Shown: positions 36,699-49,436, counted from the stretch's first letter. The stretch: 64,000 nucleotides of DNA from Chrysemys picta bellii (GCF_011386835.1 NC_088810.1:22816001-22880000); one strand, 5' to 3'. Notes: a model not told the origin generated them from the sequence alone. A program made the numbers and translations.

Positions 36699-37862
36699 CA
36701 GTGGTCTCCAAAGTGGGGTGCGTGCGTGCACCCCAAGGGGTACGCAAGTCGATCCATTGGGGGGCATGGCAGGAGGAGCGCTGCTGGAGGGGGAAAAAAA
36801 GAAAAAGGGTGGCTGGAGGAGGGAGGGAGCAAGCAAGCGGGGAAGCTGCCCCTCCCGCCCCCCCCCCCCCCGCAGGCAGGGCCACCTGGAACGCAGGGGC
36901 TTTAGGGGCCAAAGGGCCCTGGCCTGCAGCGCTAAAGCCCCTTTCGGAATGCGGCCCTGAGTCCTTCAGCTGGTGGCGGAGCAGGGGCAGCCGCGCAGCC
37001 AGCGGCCGGAAAGAAGCGGTGCTTTGAAGGGGAAAGCGCAGCTTCTCTCCGGCCGCTGGCTGTGCGGCTGCCCCTGCTCCTCCTGAGTCCTCCGGCCTGT
37101 GCTTGCAGGGCCGCTCTCTGAAAGGGGCTTTAGAGCTGCAGGCCAGGGGCCCCCGGGTCCCCTTAGCCCAGGGCCCTGCAGCCCCTAAAGCCCCTGCGTT
37201 CCGGGTGGCCCTGCCTGCGGGGGGGGAGCTCCCAGAATCGTGGCCATGGGAGCAGTGCTGCGCAGCGTAGGGCCCCTTGCACACCCCCTGCACCAACCAG
37301 GAGCTGCCCCAGGTAAGTGCTCTGCACCTCCTGCCTGCCCCAGCCTTGAGCCTCCTCCCGCACCCGCACCCTGAGCGCCCTCCCACACCCTAACTCCCTC
37401 CCAGACCCCACACCCCACCCTGAGCACCCTCCCGCACCCTAACTCCCTCCCAGACCCCGCACCCCACCCTGAGCGCCCTCCCGCACCCTAACCCTAATCC
37501 AGACCTTTGAATCGCTGTATCACAAAGTGTTAAACCAAGATTTTCAGAAATAATGAAGCATATTCAATTACATTGCTCTCACTAAAAATATTATTATAAT
37601 AATATTTTTTGTGAGAGCAAAAGGGTTTTTTGTACCATTAATGAATAAAATAAAAAAAAATAAAAATATTGTTTATTTCATCTTTATCTCATCCCTTTTT
37701 AATTTCTATTTTTTGTGTATGTTTTATAATGTACATCATATATTAGTACAGTAGTACATGTATATAATTTATACATAAATAAATATACATATATTGGGGG
37801 GTGCATGCTCAAAATTTTTTTACCGATAGGGGTGCGCGATCAAAGAAGTTTGGAGACCACTG
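36699..37862. mobile_element. hAT-type non-autonomous element, 1164 bp
   Basis: Perfect 14-bp TIRs cagtggtctccaaa / tttggagaccactg; 8-bp TSD gattagtg / tattagtg. Empty site in the opposite repeat arm at about 35085-35095 (cactaatc). Confidence 0.9.
37360..37497. repeat. C-rich minisatellite (unit about 48 bp) inside the hAT element
   Basis: ccctgagcgccctcccgcaccctaactccctcccagaccccgcacccca repeated about 2.5 times; a longer array lies at 62290-62460. Confidence 0.8.
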
Positions 37863-38395
37863 TATTAGTGCATATGTAACCTGTGTGCCTAATAGGGAGA
37901 TATCTCTTTAAGAGTCTCATGGGCAGGGGGTAGGAATGAGTTGTGTCTGGGTCATTGTTTCTAGGGCATATTTAGCCCTCCAATTCCAGAAGCTTATGGA
38001 TTTTGGGTGTGGTCCAATAGATTCCCTGTTGCTGGGGGTGAGCAGTCATGAGGGTGCGCATTCATTGCAGCTGCATAACGAAGGCCCCTGTGCCTTGTGT
38101 GAGTCGGGAGAAGTTGAGCCCGGGAGCAGGAAGCCGGCTGGTGTCCCGAACTCGGAAGCGTTTTGCAGCAGGTTAGTGGTATTGTTATCCTCTGACAGGG
38201 AAGCGTGGGCAATGCTAATTATAGCAAGGGGAAATGGGGAGGGAAAAATAATTTTTTCCATGTTAACTGTATACTTTGAATGTTGTTTTGATTTTAGCCA
38301 AACTGCTTTGGTTAAATTGTTTCAACTGGTGCTTTGGAAGAGAGAATGGAGGAGAAAGGAAAACCAGAAGGCCGATAATATGATGCAGTATGATT

Positions 38396-38401
38396 TTTAA
38401 T
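38396..38401 (-). terminator. g6 poly(A) signal ATTAAA
   Basis: Homologous position, reverse strand. The g8 and g10 copies are at 51135 and 63357. Confidence 0.6.
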
Positions 38402-38864
38402 AGGACTGAGCAGCAGAGTTTACACGGACAGAATGAATTAATGCAGAGTAACAGAGAATGCATTTGCAGGGTTACAATCAGAGCTCCAACCAGTCACCAG
38501 CTCCAAAGTGGTGCATTTCACACAACGTGTTCTGCTCTCTTCCTTGCACCTGCAGAGCTTGAAAATCATGTCACATTTTCCACCAGTTTTAGTCTCTTGT
38601 TGTAGACGGCTCGGCATCAAAAAGGACAAAGCACAATAGCAGGATAAGATTAAATTTCAAAACCAGACAGACCATAGAGCTCAGGTAATATGTAACAAAA
38701 GGAAAGCATAGATAAGCCTGATTTATACAAATGACGAACACCTACAACGCCCCCTGATTTTGAGTGGAGATACAGATGCTCATTTTCCATTGCCTATGTG
38801 GAGAATCTCTGCCTTGTCTTTCATTTCATGCTTCTTTCTTGTACCGTAGATCTTTCGTCTGGGT

Positions 38865-39323
38865 TTACCATGGACAACATTCCCAGCGGTTAGCATAGCA
38901 GTTCCTACCATATCTCCCCCCATACCCGTATGAGCCCCTGTATCCACCCCCGAATCCACCCCCAAATCCACCCCCAAATCCAGCCCCAAATCCACCCCCC
39001 AATCCACCGCGTGCTCCAACCCCAAATCCACCACCATATCCACTCCAACTACCACCCCCAAGACCAGCACCTGCACGACCTCCAAGACCACCCCAAGGTG
39101 TATAGGGAAAATTTGGTAAGGAGGTTCCCACGAAGCTGTCTTGAGGGCAAGTAGCGAGAGTTGGACCCGGGAATCTCACGACAACTGGGGGTGCAAAGAC
39201 CACTGCGCTCGAGTCGCCACAGGTTCTGACACAAGGCTCATTGCAGACATAAGCACATGGATCTGGGCAAATGTCAGGACAATATGGGCCGGGTTGGCAA
39301 CACAGATCTTTCACGGGAGACAT
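38865..39323 (-). CDS. Corneous beta-protein g6, 152 aa, subfamily B, alternative C-terminus ANRWECCPW
   Basis: CBP core. CAT at 39321-39323; acceptor at 39344-39345; intron 39344-40080. Confidence 0.95.
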   Translation of the reverse strand: MSPVKDLCCQPGPYCPDICPDPCAYVCNEPCVRTCGDSSAVVFAPPVVVRFPGPTLATCPQDSFVGTSLPNFPYTPWGGLGGRAGAGLGGGSWSGYGGGFGVGARGGLGGGFGAGFGGGFGGGFGGGYRGSYGYGGRYGRNCYANRWECCPW

Positions 39324-40074
39324 CTTTGGTGATTGTCGTAAACCTGAAACACACAGTAGGGAGCAGAGTGAACATAACACACAATTCGCAGTGGCATACG
39401 AGACTCACAGCTCGTGTCATGCAGTAATAGATGCTAGATAATTCCATTTCTTACTGGCTCTGTATCTGCTCCTATTTCTTCCTTCTAGTCCTATTCACCC
39501 ATTACCCTTAGTCTTCTTTCTAACCATCCCCCTTCTTACATCCTGGCTTCCTACTTTCCCATGCCCAGCAACTTCCCTATTTCTTTGGGTCCCATGCAGG
39601 AAATCTTCTCCATCTGCTAAGCCTTGATTGGCCACTTCTCCTTGAGATCAGCGCTGCTTGGAGCTTGCACCAATCCCACCCCATTGTTTCATCTGTCTAG
39701 TTCTCCTGATCTCTGTTTCTGGAGGCCACTCCCATCCACTCCTTAACCCTTGTTTCTAAATATTCTGAGTCCACTCATAGTAATTTACCTTTTCACAGAG
39801 TCATGCAACCATTAAGCTGCACAACCCCCCCATGAAAAGAGTCGTTATTATCCCTGTGGCAAGTTACAGAGACTCAGTGGAAGTGAGCTGCCCACCACTG
39901 CTATTTTGAAGAACGCATCCACCAAAGTCTACAACTGACGAGCTACAGAAAATCTCTTTGCAAAGCAAGACGCCCACTATTCCAACAGCTCTAAAATCAG
40001 AGTATTGGTGGAGGATTAGGTCCATAGTTAAAACTATCATTAAAGCAGGAATAAGAGCAATTTGAGTCCAGTCA

Positions 40075-40206
40075 ACTTACCCAGTGCACCAAGGGGATGA
40101 AGTCAAGAGAAGTGGATAGAACAACCTGCAGTTCTGAGCCCTTTTATATCCTTTCTTAGCCAATGGGAAGCACAAGAAACATGCTTAGTGCACTGAGACC
40201 TTATCA
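40075..40206 (-). promoter_or_regulatory. g6 core promoter, exon 1 and donor
   Basis: On the reverse strand: TGATAAG 40200-40206, ATTGG 40160-40164, TATAAAA 40142-40148, donor 40075-40080. Confidence 0.85.
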
Positions 40207-41049
40207 TTAACCAAACAAAATGTTTTCTTGCCTGGGGAACTCCTGTAATTATTATAATGGTTTTGATCACGGTTAATGATAAATAGTCAATTCCCGGTCC
40301 CACAGAGGATGACCTGCATGCTGCAATGTGCAGTATCCTTTCATCTACAAGCTATTTTCCTGCTATCATCCTCCTGACTTCCTGGGTGTCAACAGGACAC
40401 TAAATCTAGTTCAATTTCTATTATTCTACTTTGATTAACTTCAGAGTATGAGGGTTACTCAGAGGCGTATCAACGGTATAATCTGCTGCCCTGCACAGGA
40501 TTCTATGTTCTTTATATATTCAGACTAGTATCTAATTAGCAGCAACGTGGAGTTTACCCTTGGAATATAGAAGAAAATGCCATATTTTCTTCTTCTTCCT
40601 CAATATTTTTTCATTACTCCCCTACAGTAGAGAATAAATTTCTCTCTCTGTCGCTCTCTCTAATTATACTTTAATACTTATTTGTGAAAGTCAACCACCA
40701 GGGTTAGGTGCAATAAGAAGGGTCAGAACCTCAGCTAGTGTAGATATGTTGAGACACATGAGAAGGCTGAAGTGGTGGCTACACATACATATGTTAAAAA
40801 GGTACCAAGTAATGCTGTCTAATATCTTTAGAATAAGAGTTTTTAATCTTTACTAAGGAATACAAATGCCCCATTTCTTGTGTAACGTTAACCAGAACTA
40901 GGGCTCTCCACACACTATGTGGCTTTGAACTTAGCTGCCTTATATTTTTCAGGGCAAAATCCACAAATGCCTGAACCTTACTAAGTACAAAAACACTTTT
41001 ATGGGGAAAAATCCCTTAACAACACAAAGAATCACAAGTTTTTTAGAAA

Positions 41050-41685
41050 CATAGAACTACAGGGTTAGAAGGCACCACAAGGATCATCTTGTCTAACCCC
41101 CTGCAAAGATGCAGGATTTGTTGTGTCTAATCCATCTAAGGCCTTGGCTACACTTACCCGCTAGTTCGGCGGCTGGCAATCGAACTTCTGGGTTCGACTT
41201 ATCGCGTCTAGTCTGGACGCGATAAGTCGAACCCGGAAGTGCTCGCCGTCGACTGCGGTACTCCAGCTCAGCGAGAGGAGTACCGCGGAGTCGACGGGGG
41301 AGCCTGCCTGCCGAGTGTGGACCAAGGTAAGTTCGAACTAAGGTACTTCGAACTTCAGCTACGTTATTCACGTAGCTGAAGTTGCGTACCTTAGTTCGAA
41401 TTAGGGGGGTAGTGTAGACCTGGCCTAAGACAGACGTCTATCCAGCCTCTGTTTGCAGACCTCCAATGAAGGAGCTTCAACGACCTCCTTAGGCAGCCTG
41501 TTCCGTTGGCCTACTGTTCTTACAGTTAGGAAGCTTTTCCTGAGATTTAACCTAAATCTGTTCTGCTGTCGTTTGAACACACTGCTTCTTGTCCTGCCTT
41601 GTGTGGCAAGAGTGAAGAACTTTCCTCCATCTTTTTTATGGCAGCCTTTCCAATATTTGCAGACCACTATCATGTCCCGCCTTAA
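41050..41685 (-). mobile_element. CR1 3' fragment interrupted by a MITE (copy at about 53790-54425)
   Basis: RTRSSVFKRQQNRFRLNLRKSFLTVRTVGQRNRLPKEVVEAPSLEV. Confidence 0.85.
41140..41425. mobile_element. PIF/Harbinger-type MITE, 286 bp (copy 53879-54164)
   Basis: TIRs ggccttggctacactta / tagtgtagacctggcc; TAA TSD (41137-41139 and 41426-41428). Confidence 0.85.
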
Positions 41686-43528
41686 TGTGCAAGTTTCAGT
41701 CAGAAGTTAAACTATCAATGAAGCAACGTTGCAATAGTTATAAAGTGATAATAATAAATAAGATCTAATGGTTTCACAGAAGTGAATAAGTCAAGAGAAG
41801 TGGTTAGAAGAGCCCTGAGTTGGGAACATAGTTCTATATTGTTTTAGGGCACCACTAGGATCTGGGACACACTTGGTGCACAAAGTCCTTGTTAATTATG
41901 AAACAAAATATTCTGCACAGGGAACCACTCCCATTACTGGCAATTATTGTGATCACTACCACACTCACACCCTGAAGATTGCTTTAATCTGAAATCATTA
42001 TGCACCATGTTCATGCCCAGTATCATTCCATTTAATTCCCTAGTGTCAAAAAGGATATGCATCTAGCTTGTTTTCTTTTGTTCTGTTGTTAATAACTACA
42101 CCCAATGAGAGTGTCTCAAAGAGCTGTATCAGTACCGAAAGTTGCTGTCACAAACAGGATTCCAAGTTAGTCTATTAAAGCCAGTCTAGTAGCTGGAATT
42201 TGGAATTTACTCTGGGATTTCATTAAGGACGTGGGGTGACTTCCTTCTGGATGCGTCACATGCCCACCCACCTCTATGTAGTATGGGCTCTGATGCCATG
42301 CCCACTGAAATCCAAGGGCATCTTTCCAATGAGTTGAGTTACCTTCGAATATGGTCCTGTGGGTGGCAATCCCCTCCACGAGAAAGGGCCAGCGAAAGGA
42401 CGATGCATGATTTAGATCCCTCTTAAACATTCAAAGTAGGGCTAGAGAGGATTGAAGTGGAGGATAGATCTCTGGGTTGGCCTGCTGCTCTGGGGATAAT
42501 TTCATTTGCCCATGTTTAGGAACTCAGCTGTGAAGGCTCCTCCCGTCATGGGAGTCTTGAATCCACGCTAATGACTTTGTTCATTATACCAACTGAAAAT
42601 TTGGCCTTATATCTCATGTAATCAAGTTCCTTGCAACACCAGCTGTAGCCCTGATGTGACTTCTGTCCTTCTTAGTAGAAAAAACATCCTCAGTTCCATA
42701 CGCATGACTGACGCTAGCTGAAAGCTCTCATGTCCTTGAGTTTAAAGTGTGAGGAAATGAAAGCTAAGAATTTCAAAAGTGACTGGTGATTCTTGGTGGC
42801 TGCTTGAAATGCCTTCAAGAGGACTGGGCACCAGAAAGTAGGAACTGAGCATTTTTGAAAACCGGGGTTCTACAATTTATCTGAATTTGGCCCCAAAATC
42901 ATTAGTCACCTTTGGAAATCTTGACCTTTTGTTTAGCCACAGATGTCTTGGTGATCTGTAGTAAATCAAAAACCTCCCTTCCCTTTCATCTCCCCATAAG
43001 AGAAAAGGACGATGGTGATCAATTCCGTTTTCTGGGGGGTGAACAATGTACTTCCCTATCTGAGAATGTTTCATAGTTCCCACAAACACAGCATCTAAAC
43101 CTTTCCTAGGTGAATGTCTCTGTAACAGGTGATACTGAGTATTATTGCATGCAGGAGATAGGATCACTCAGTGTTTGCTTTGTTCCTATGTGCTTGGATA
43201 TCCATAGAGAGTTCTCTAGTAAGCTTCACAGAGTCTTTTGTTCTTTCTACCTCCCTGGTTATAGAAAGTGCTTCTTAATATGTAGACAGCAGTTTAAAAA
43301 CCATTCTGGCAATAGTGTGGTAGTTTTCTAAACAAGAAGGGCCTTGCATCCTGTGCTAAAAGTAGATCATACTCTGGATTAGTCTTATTTCCTCTGGAAG
43401 GTCAGTCCTCAGCAATCCTCCCCATGATTGAGTGGGCATTATTTCCATCTCTCACATGATTTTCCTCAGCTTTATCAGAGGCACTGTCCCAGAAGAACAC
43501 CACTGTCTTGTTAGGTCATAGATGGAGA

Positions 43529-43664
43529 CAGGCCCGCTGACAGGGGAGGGTAAAGGGGACAACTGCCCAGGAGTCCGGGCAAGTTAAAAGGAATTTGTCA
43601 CTTCAGCCCCCACCCCACCCCCCCGGGGCCGCCCTGGGGCCTGGAATTTCTGTCGGTGGTCCTG
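43529..43664. mobile_element. hAT-type MITE, 136 bp (copy 56268-56403)
   Basis: TIRs caggcccgctgacag / ctgtcggtggtcctg; 8-bp TSD gatggaga (43521-43528 and 43665-43672). Confidence 0.85.
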
Positions 43665-44500
43665 GATGGAGATGCAGTTCCAAGATTTTAATCCCAAGCC
43701 TTTATACAACACTGCACTCTTTCCTTTCACCTACTGCCCCGTTTTGATGCAATTCAGGAAGAAGCCTGCAGTAGGTGAACCTTGGGGATCCTTTTCTGAT
43801 CATCACCTGAATCCCTGACCCTAAAACACTTGTCACTTGACTGGACATCTCTTCAGACTGTAATGCCTAATACCACTAGGCTGGAAATCAGTGGAGAACA
43901 CAGGTAACATGCACCATTTCAATGATACTTCAGTTCTACTTTGAAGGCTTAAGAGGGATTAATTTAAGAATAGGGGCATGGTCTGGCCCTGTTTCCAGGA
44001 GAGTATTGTAACCCAAAAGGGTTTGAAGGCCATTGAACTCACTGAAAAGACATCCATGGATTTCAAAAACATATTGGCTCAAACACATAGTGACGAGTTA
44101 CAAGTGGGAACTCAAAGCATGCGAAATACATTCTCCCATTCACCAAGGAGTTCCAAGGGTAAACCCGACCTTGCTGCTAATTAGATACTAGTATGAATAT
44201 ATAAAGAACTAACATAGAATCCTGTGCATGGCAGCAGATTGTACCATTGATACACCTCTGAGTCACCCTCATACTCTGAAGTTAATCAAAGCAGAACGAT
44301 AGAAATTGAACTAGATTTAGTGTCCTGTTGACACCCAGAAGTCAGGAGAATGATACCAGGAAAATAGCTCGTAGATGAAAGGATACCGCACATTGCAGCA
44401 TGTGGTACCGGGAATTGACTATTTATCATTAACCGTGATCAAAACCATTATAATAATTACAGGAGTTCCCCAGGCAAGAAACCAATCATTGTTTGGTTAA

Positions 44501-44631
44501 TGATAAGGTCTCAGTGCACTAAGCATGTTTCTTTTCCTTCCCATTGGCTAAGAAAGGATATAAAAGTGCTCAGAACTGCAGGTTGTTCTATCACTTCTCT
44601 TGACTTCATCCCCTTGGTGCACTGGGTAAGT
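44501..44631 (+). promoter_or_regulatory. g7 core promoter, exon 1 and donor
   Basis: TGATAAG 44501, ATTGG 44543, TATAAAA 44559, GTAAGT 44626. Confidence 0.85.
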
Positions 44632-46386
44632 TGACTCGACTCAAATTGCTCTTATTCCTGCTTTAATGATAGTTTTAACTATGGACCTAATCCTACACCA
44701 ATACTCTGATTTTAGAGCTGTTGGAATAGTGGGCGTCTTGCTTTGCAAAGAGATTTTCTGTAGCGCATCAGTTGTAGACTTTGGTGGATGCTTTCTTCAA
44801 AATAGCAGGTTGGGATGTTCAAAGCTATATATGGAATGCAGAACTCCATCTTCCCAATCATTATCATTGGGTTTTGGACCTAGCAATGACTTAGAAAATT
44901 ATTACAAACCTCAATCACAGTCTACTTTGATCCAAGACTGTGCTTCTCTGACATATAAAGAAACATTGCCAGATCCTCAGTTGACTTCATCGCAGTCACA
45001 AAGGTTTACCTGGACTGATGATCTGATCCTGCTGTTTCCATAAAACCATGGAGATCAGCATTCATATCTAACTATCGAACAGCAATTCTTCTGTTCTGTT
45101 CTTTTTAACAGAGAGAGCTATAGCTATAGATGAATCCCAGAGTATGGAAGATACATATATGTGTTCTCCTCCAGGGCAAAGCTAGCCACTACTTTAGGTG
45201 TCTTAGTAACTTATTATAGGCAGTTGACTCCATAATGAACAATTTCAGGCTTCTTGTACGTTAATCTGCAGCATGCGATGCTGCATAGAGTTAGAGACAG
45301 AATACACGGATCTTACTCAATACAGCAATACTTAATTGCTTATTCGTATAATTTTCAATTTGAGATCCAGATATTGAGCTGGTGTGATTAAAAGTAGCAC
45401 ATAGGTAAGTATGATGATTTAGATCCGTTGAAAGATCTAGTCCCTAGGCTGAACTGGTTTAAGAAGGACTTTTGGATTATTAACTCTTTCTTTGCCCTAC
45501 ACTGTACCATTATTATTTAAATGGTTTGAAAATTGCAGGCATCCATGATGGAACTATTCTATCTTATCGGTTTAGTAATAAGACTCAGTGTTTATTTACC
45601 CCTCCCTCCTGAGTTGTTGGGAAATGAAGGTCTTGTGGACAAGGCACAGGTAGGGCCTCAGAAAATCTGCTTCAGGTCCTCTTCTCTGCCATAGATTTCC
45701 TTGGGCAAAGCCGATGGGACCAGATTCTCAAAAGGGCTCAGCTGCATTGGAAACTGAGCCTTTAATCTCCTGAAACCAAATCCACAGAGAGACTTAGGCA
45801 TCTAAATTTCTATTTAGTCAGCGAAGGGCAACAATTAGGTGACGCTGAGATTCAAAGTCTCATTGTCAGCCAGACAACAGAAAATCTTTGCTGCCACATC
45901 TTACAATCTTGTCAATTTATTCCCTCAAAGCAACGCTGATCTCAAGGAGAAGGGTTAGGGGGTAGATGGGAGTGGCCTCCAGAAACAGAGATCAGGAGAA
46001 CTAGACAGATGAAACAATGGGGTGGGATTGGTGCAAGCTCCAAGCAGCGCTGATTTCAAGGAGAAGTGGCCAATCCAGGCTTAGCAGATGGAGAAGATTT
46101 CCAGCATGGGACCCAAAGAAATAGGGAAGTTGCTTGGCATGGGAAAGTAAGAAGCCAAGATGTAAGAAGAGTTCAGAGGGGATGGTTAGAAAGAAGACTA
46201 AGGGTAAATGGGTGAATAGGACTAGAAGGAAGAAATAGGAGCAGATACAGAGCCTGTAAGAAATGGAATTATCTAGCATCTATTACTGCATGACACGAGC
46301 TGTGAGTCTCGTATGCCACTGCCAATTGTGTGTTGTGTTCACTCTGCTCCCTACTGTGTGTTTCAGGTTTACGACAATCACCAAAG

Positions 46387-46830
46387 ATGTCTCCCGTGAA
46401 AGATCTGTGTTGCCAAACCGGCCCATATTGTCCTGACATTTGCCCAGATCCATGTGCTTATGTCTGCAATGAGCCTTGTGTCACATCGTGTGGCGACTCG
46501 AGTGCAGTGGTCTATGCACCCCCGGTTGTCGTTAGATTTCCGGGACCAACTCTTGCTACTTGCCCTCAAGACAGCTTCGTGGGAACCTCCTTACCAAATT
46601 TTCCCTATACACCTTGGGGTGGTCTTGGAGGTCGTGCAGGTGCTGGTCTTGGGGGTGGTAGTTGGAGTGGATATGGTGGTGGATTTGGGGTTGGAGCAGG
46701 CGGTGGATTGGGGGGTGGATTCGGGGGTGGATTTGGGGGTGGATTCGGGGCCGGTTATGGGGGCTCATACGGGAATTGGGGGAGATACGGTAGGCGCTGC
46801 TCGTATACCTCCTATAGATGTCCATGTTAA
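46387..46830 (+). CDS. Corneous beta-protein g7, 147 aa, subfamily B
   Basis: Paralogue of g5 (QTGPY, AVVYAPP, GGGL variants). Acceptor at 46365-46366; intron 44626-46366. Confidence 0.95.
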   Translation: MSPVKDLCCQTGPYCPDICPDPCAYVCNEPCVTSCGDSSAVVYAPPVVVRFPGPTLATCPQDSFVGTSLPNFPYTPWGGLGGRAGAGLGGGSWSGYGGGFGVGAGGGLGGGFGGGFGGGFGAGYGGSYGNWGRYGRRCSYTSYRCPC

Positions 46831-49436
46831 ACCCAGAAGAAAAATCCACGGAATAAGAAACAACCAGGAAATGAAAGACAAGATAGAGATTCCCCACACA
46901 GCCAATGGAGAATGAGCATCTGCAGCGCCACTCGAAATCAGAGGGGGTTGTGGGTGTTCGTCATTTGTATAAATCAGGTTTATCTATGCTTTCCTTTTGT
47001 TACATATTACCTGAGCTCTATGGTCTGTCTAGTTTTGAAATTTAATCTTATCCTGCTATTGTGCTTTGTCCTTTTTGATGCCAAGCCATCTACAACAAGA
47101 GACTAAAACTGGTGGAAAATGTGACATGATTTTCAAGCTCTGCAGGTACAAGGAAGAGAGCAGAACACGTTGTGTGAAATGCACCACTTTGGAGCTGGTG
47201 ACTGGTTGGAGCTCTGATTGTAACCCTGCAAATACATTATCTGTTACTCTGCATTAATTCATTCTGTCTCTGTAAACACTGCTGCTCAGTCCCATTAAAA
47301 AATTATACTGCATCATATTATCGGCCTTCTGGTTTTCCTTTCTCCTCCCGAAACAATTTAACCAAAGCAGTTTGGCTAAAATCAAAACAACATTCAAAGT
47401 ATACAATTAACTTGGAAGAAATTATTTTTCCCTCCCCGTTTCCCCTTGCTATAATTAGCATTGCCCACGCTTCCCTGTCAGAGGATAACAATACCACTAA
47501 CCTGCTGCAAAACGCTTCCGAGTTCGGGACACCAGCCGGCTTCCTGCTCCCGGGCTCAGCTTCTCCCGACTCACACAAGGCACAGGGGCCTTTGTTATGC
47601 AGCTGCAATGACTGCTCACCCTCATGTTGCCTGACCCCAGCAACAGGGAATCCAGTGGAGCAGACCCAAAACGACCACACCCAAAATCCAGAAGCTTCTG
47701 GTTGTGGAGGGGTAAATCTGCCTTGAAACAATGACCCAGACACAACTCATTCCTACCCTCTGGCCATGAGACTCTTAAAGAGATTTCTCCCTATTAGGTA
47801 CATGGGTTACATATGCACTAATCAATCCTACTCAAACCCATAGGAAAGAAGAGAATCGGGTACATTACTTGGTTAATAGCATTGTGCAGGGCCACTGCAC
47901 AGGGGGGAATTACCCCCTTGTAACATGTCTCAGATAGAACGGAAATAGATAAATGACTTGCAACTAAAATAGATTTCCCTCCTCTAAATGTTAGACAAAA
48001 TCTACTCCTGGGGGAATTCTGTGCTGATGGCAGCAAACTGAGAAGGGTTGCAAGCACTTTGAAGGAGAAGATTTGAATTCAAAATGACCTTGACAAATCG
48101 GAGACTTGGCCAGATGAAACTCAACAATGAAAAGTGAAAAGTCCAATAGTTAGGAAGCAAATTGTCCTTCTGTAATCAGCACTGATGAGGCCTCTGATGG
48201 CGTATTGTGTCCAATTCTGGGCCACACACTTTATTAGGAAAGATGTGGACCAATTGGAGAAGTCCATCCACGCTTGTAATTTGAGTATTCTATGATTCTT
48301 GCTCCTGGGGTGAATTCTTCACCCCTGCCCCTACAGGGGTGCAGAATTCATACCATTTGCAGATTTCTTTGCCCCACTGTGGAAAAATGGGGGAGCAAAA
48401 AAATCCGTGTGGAACACACGCCCCTTCTCCTGAAGTCAGATCACCGGGGGGTGGGGGGAGAGGGGAGGAAGGCTGGGCGTAAGTGTGTGCATCCATGGAC
48501 AGATGTTGGGGTGCAGGGCTGAACACGTGCCTACCTGCGAATGAAGGAGAGAGATTCACTCCATCGGTCTCACTCGCTGTTGCAACCCCTCCGGCTTGCA
48601 GGGCTATGGTTTGTGAGGCAGGTTCTGTCCCTGAGGCAGAGCAGAAATGTAACAACTAAGCAGGCAGGTTGCTAATGTTCCCATTGACAATTAATTGTTC
48701 CCTTTCTTAGTCAATTCCCCCAGAAGCCTAAAGCACATGGAACAGTTTTAAGGCCCCTTTACATTGCCAGAGTGTTGTAAAGCAGCATTATTATAAATGA
48801 CTGTGAGGGAAACCTAAGTGAGGAAGATCTATGTGCTTTCTCGCTTTTTTCCTGGGCCAGGGTGGCACAACGGGGTTAGACTCATTTTAAAAAATGCAAG
48901 ACGATGATTAGCAAAACTGCATGAGTTTCCCCTGTGAAAGTCGGAGCAATTTAAAGAGACATTCTACTTTACTTTTATTTTGGTGTCGGGTATTCTGTGA
49001 TGTAATGTAAATGAAAATCCAGGATTATAACTGGAATGCCGCGTATTGGTTCCCAAGTATTTGTAACTTAACATTCATGCATTTAGGAAATGCTGAACAA
49101 TTAATTGTGATTTTTTTTCTATATGGTAGTTTAAATAAATTACCAAAATAAGTGAAACTGGTGTGATTATACTGCATTATTTTGAAAAACAAAATAAGCA
49201 CAATTTTGCAGAATTTTTAATTTTTTGGCGCAGAATTCCCCCAGGAGTAGATTTTGTATAATATTTAGAGCAGGGAAATCTATTCTAGTTGCAAGTCATC
49301 TATCTATTTCCCTTCTATCTAAGTCGTGGTACAAGGGAGTAATTCCCCCCTGTGCAGAGGCTCTGCACAATGCTATTAACCAAGTAATGTACCCGATTCT
49401 CTTCTTTCCTTTGGGTTTGAGAGGGATTGATTAGTG

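Larger units (their letters stand above)
33200..39780. repeat. Tail-to-tail inverted repeat g5/g6 (inner ends at about 35300 and 36490); repeated for g7/g8 and g9/g10
   Basis: Intron 3' part, CDS core, 3' UTR and about 700 bp of flank are mirrored (e.g. ORFs 34686-35000 + vs 38046-38261 -). Confidence 0.9.

Noticed and set aside
36577-37386. Long GC-rich ORFs (269, 249, 217, 160 and 121 aa) at 36.6, 49.4, 25.1 and 7.4 kb
   Set aside because: All lie inside GC-rich non-autonomous hAT elements, have no transposase motifs and change frame with poly-C length.
37487-37498. Telomere-like ccctaaccctaa
   Set aside because: Only two units, at the end of a minisatellite within a transposon.
42167-42430. 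Minus-strand tgccacccacaggaccatatt resembling the CBP start (CPPQDCI)
   Set aside because: Only about 21 nt of similarity, no acceptor or core motif, and the paralogue near 30080 lacks it.
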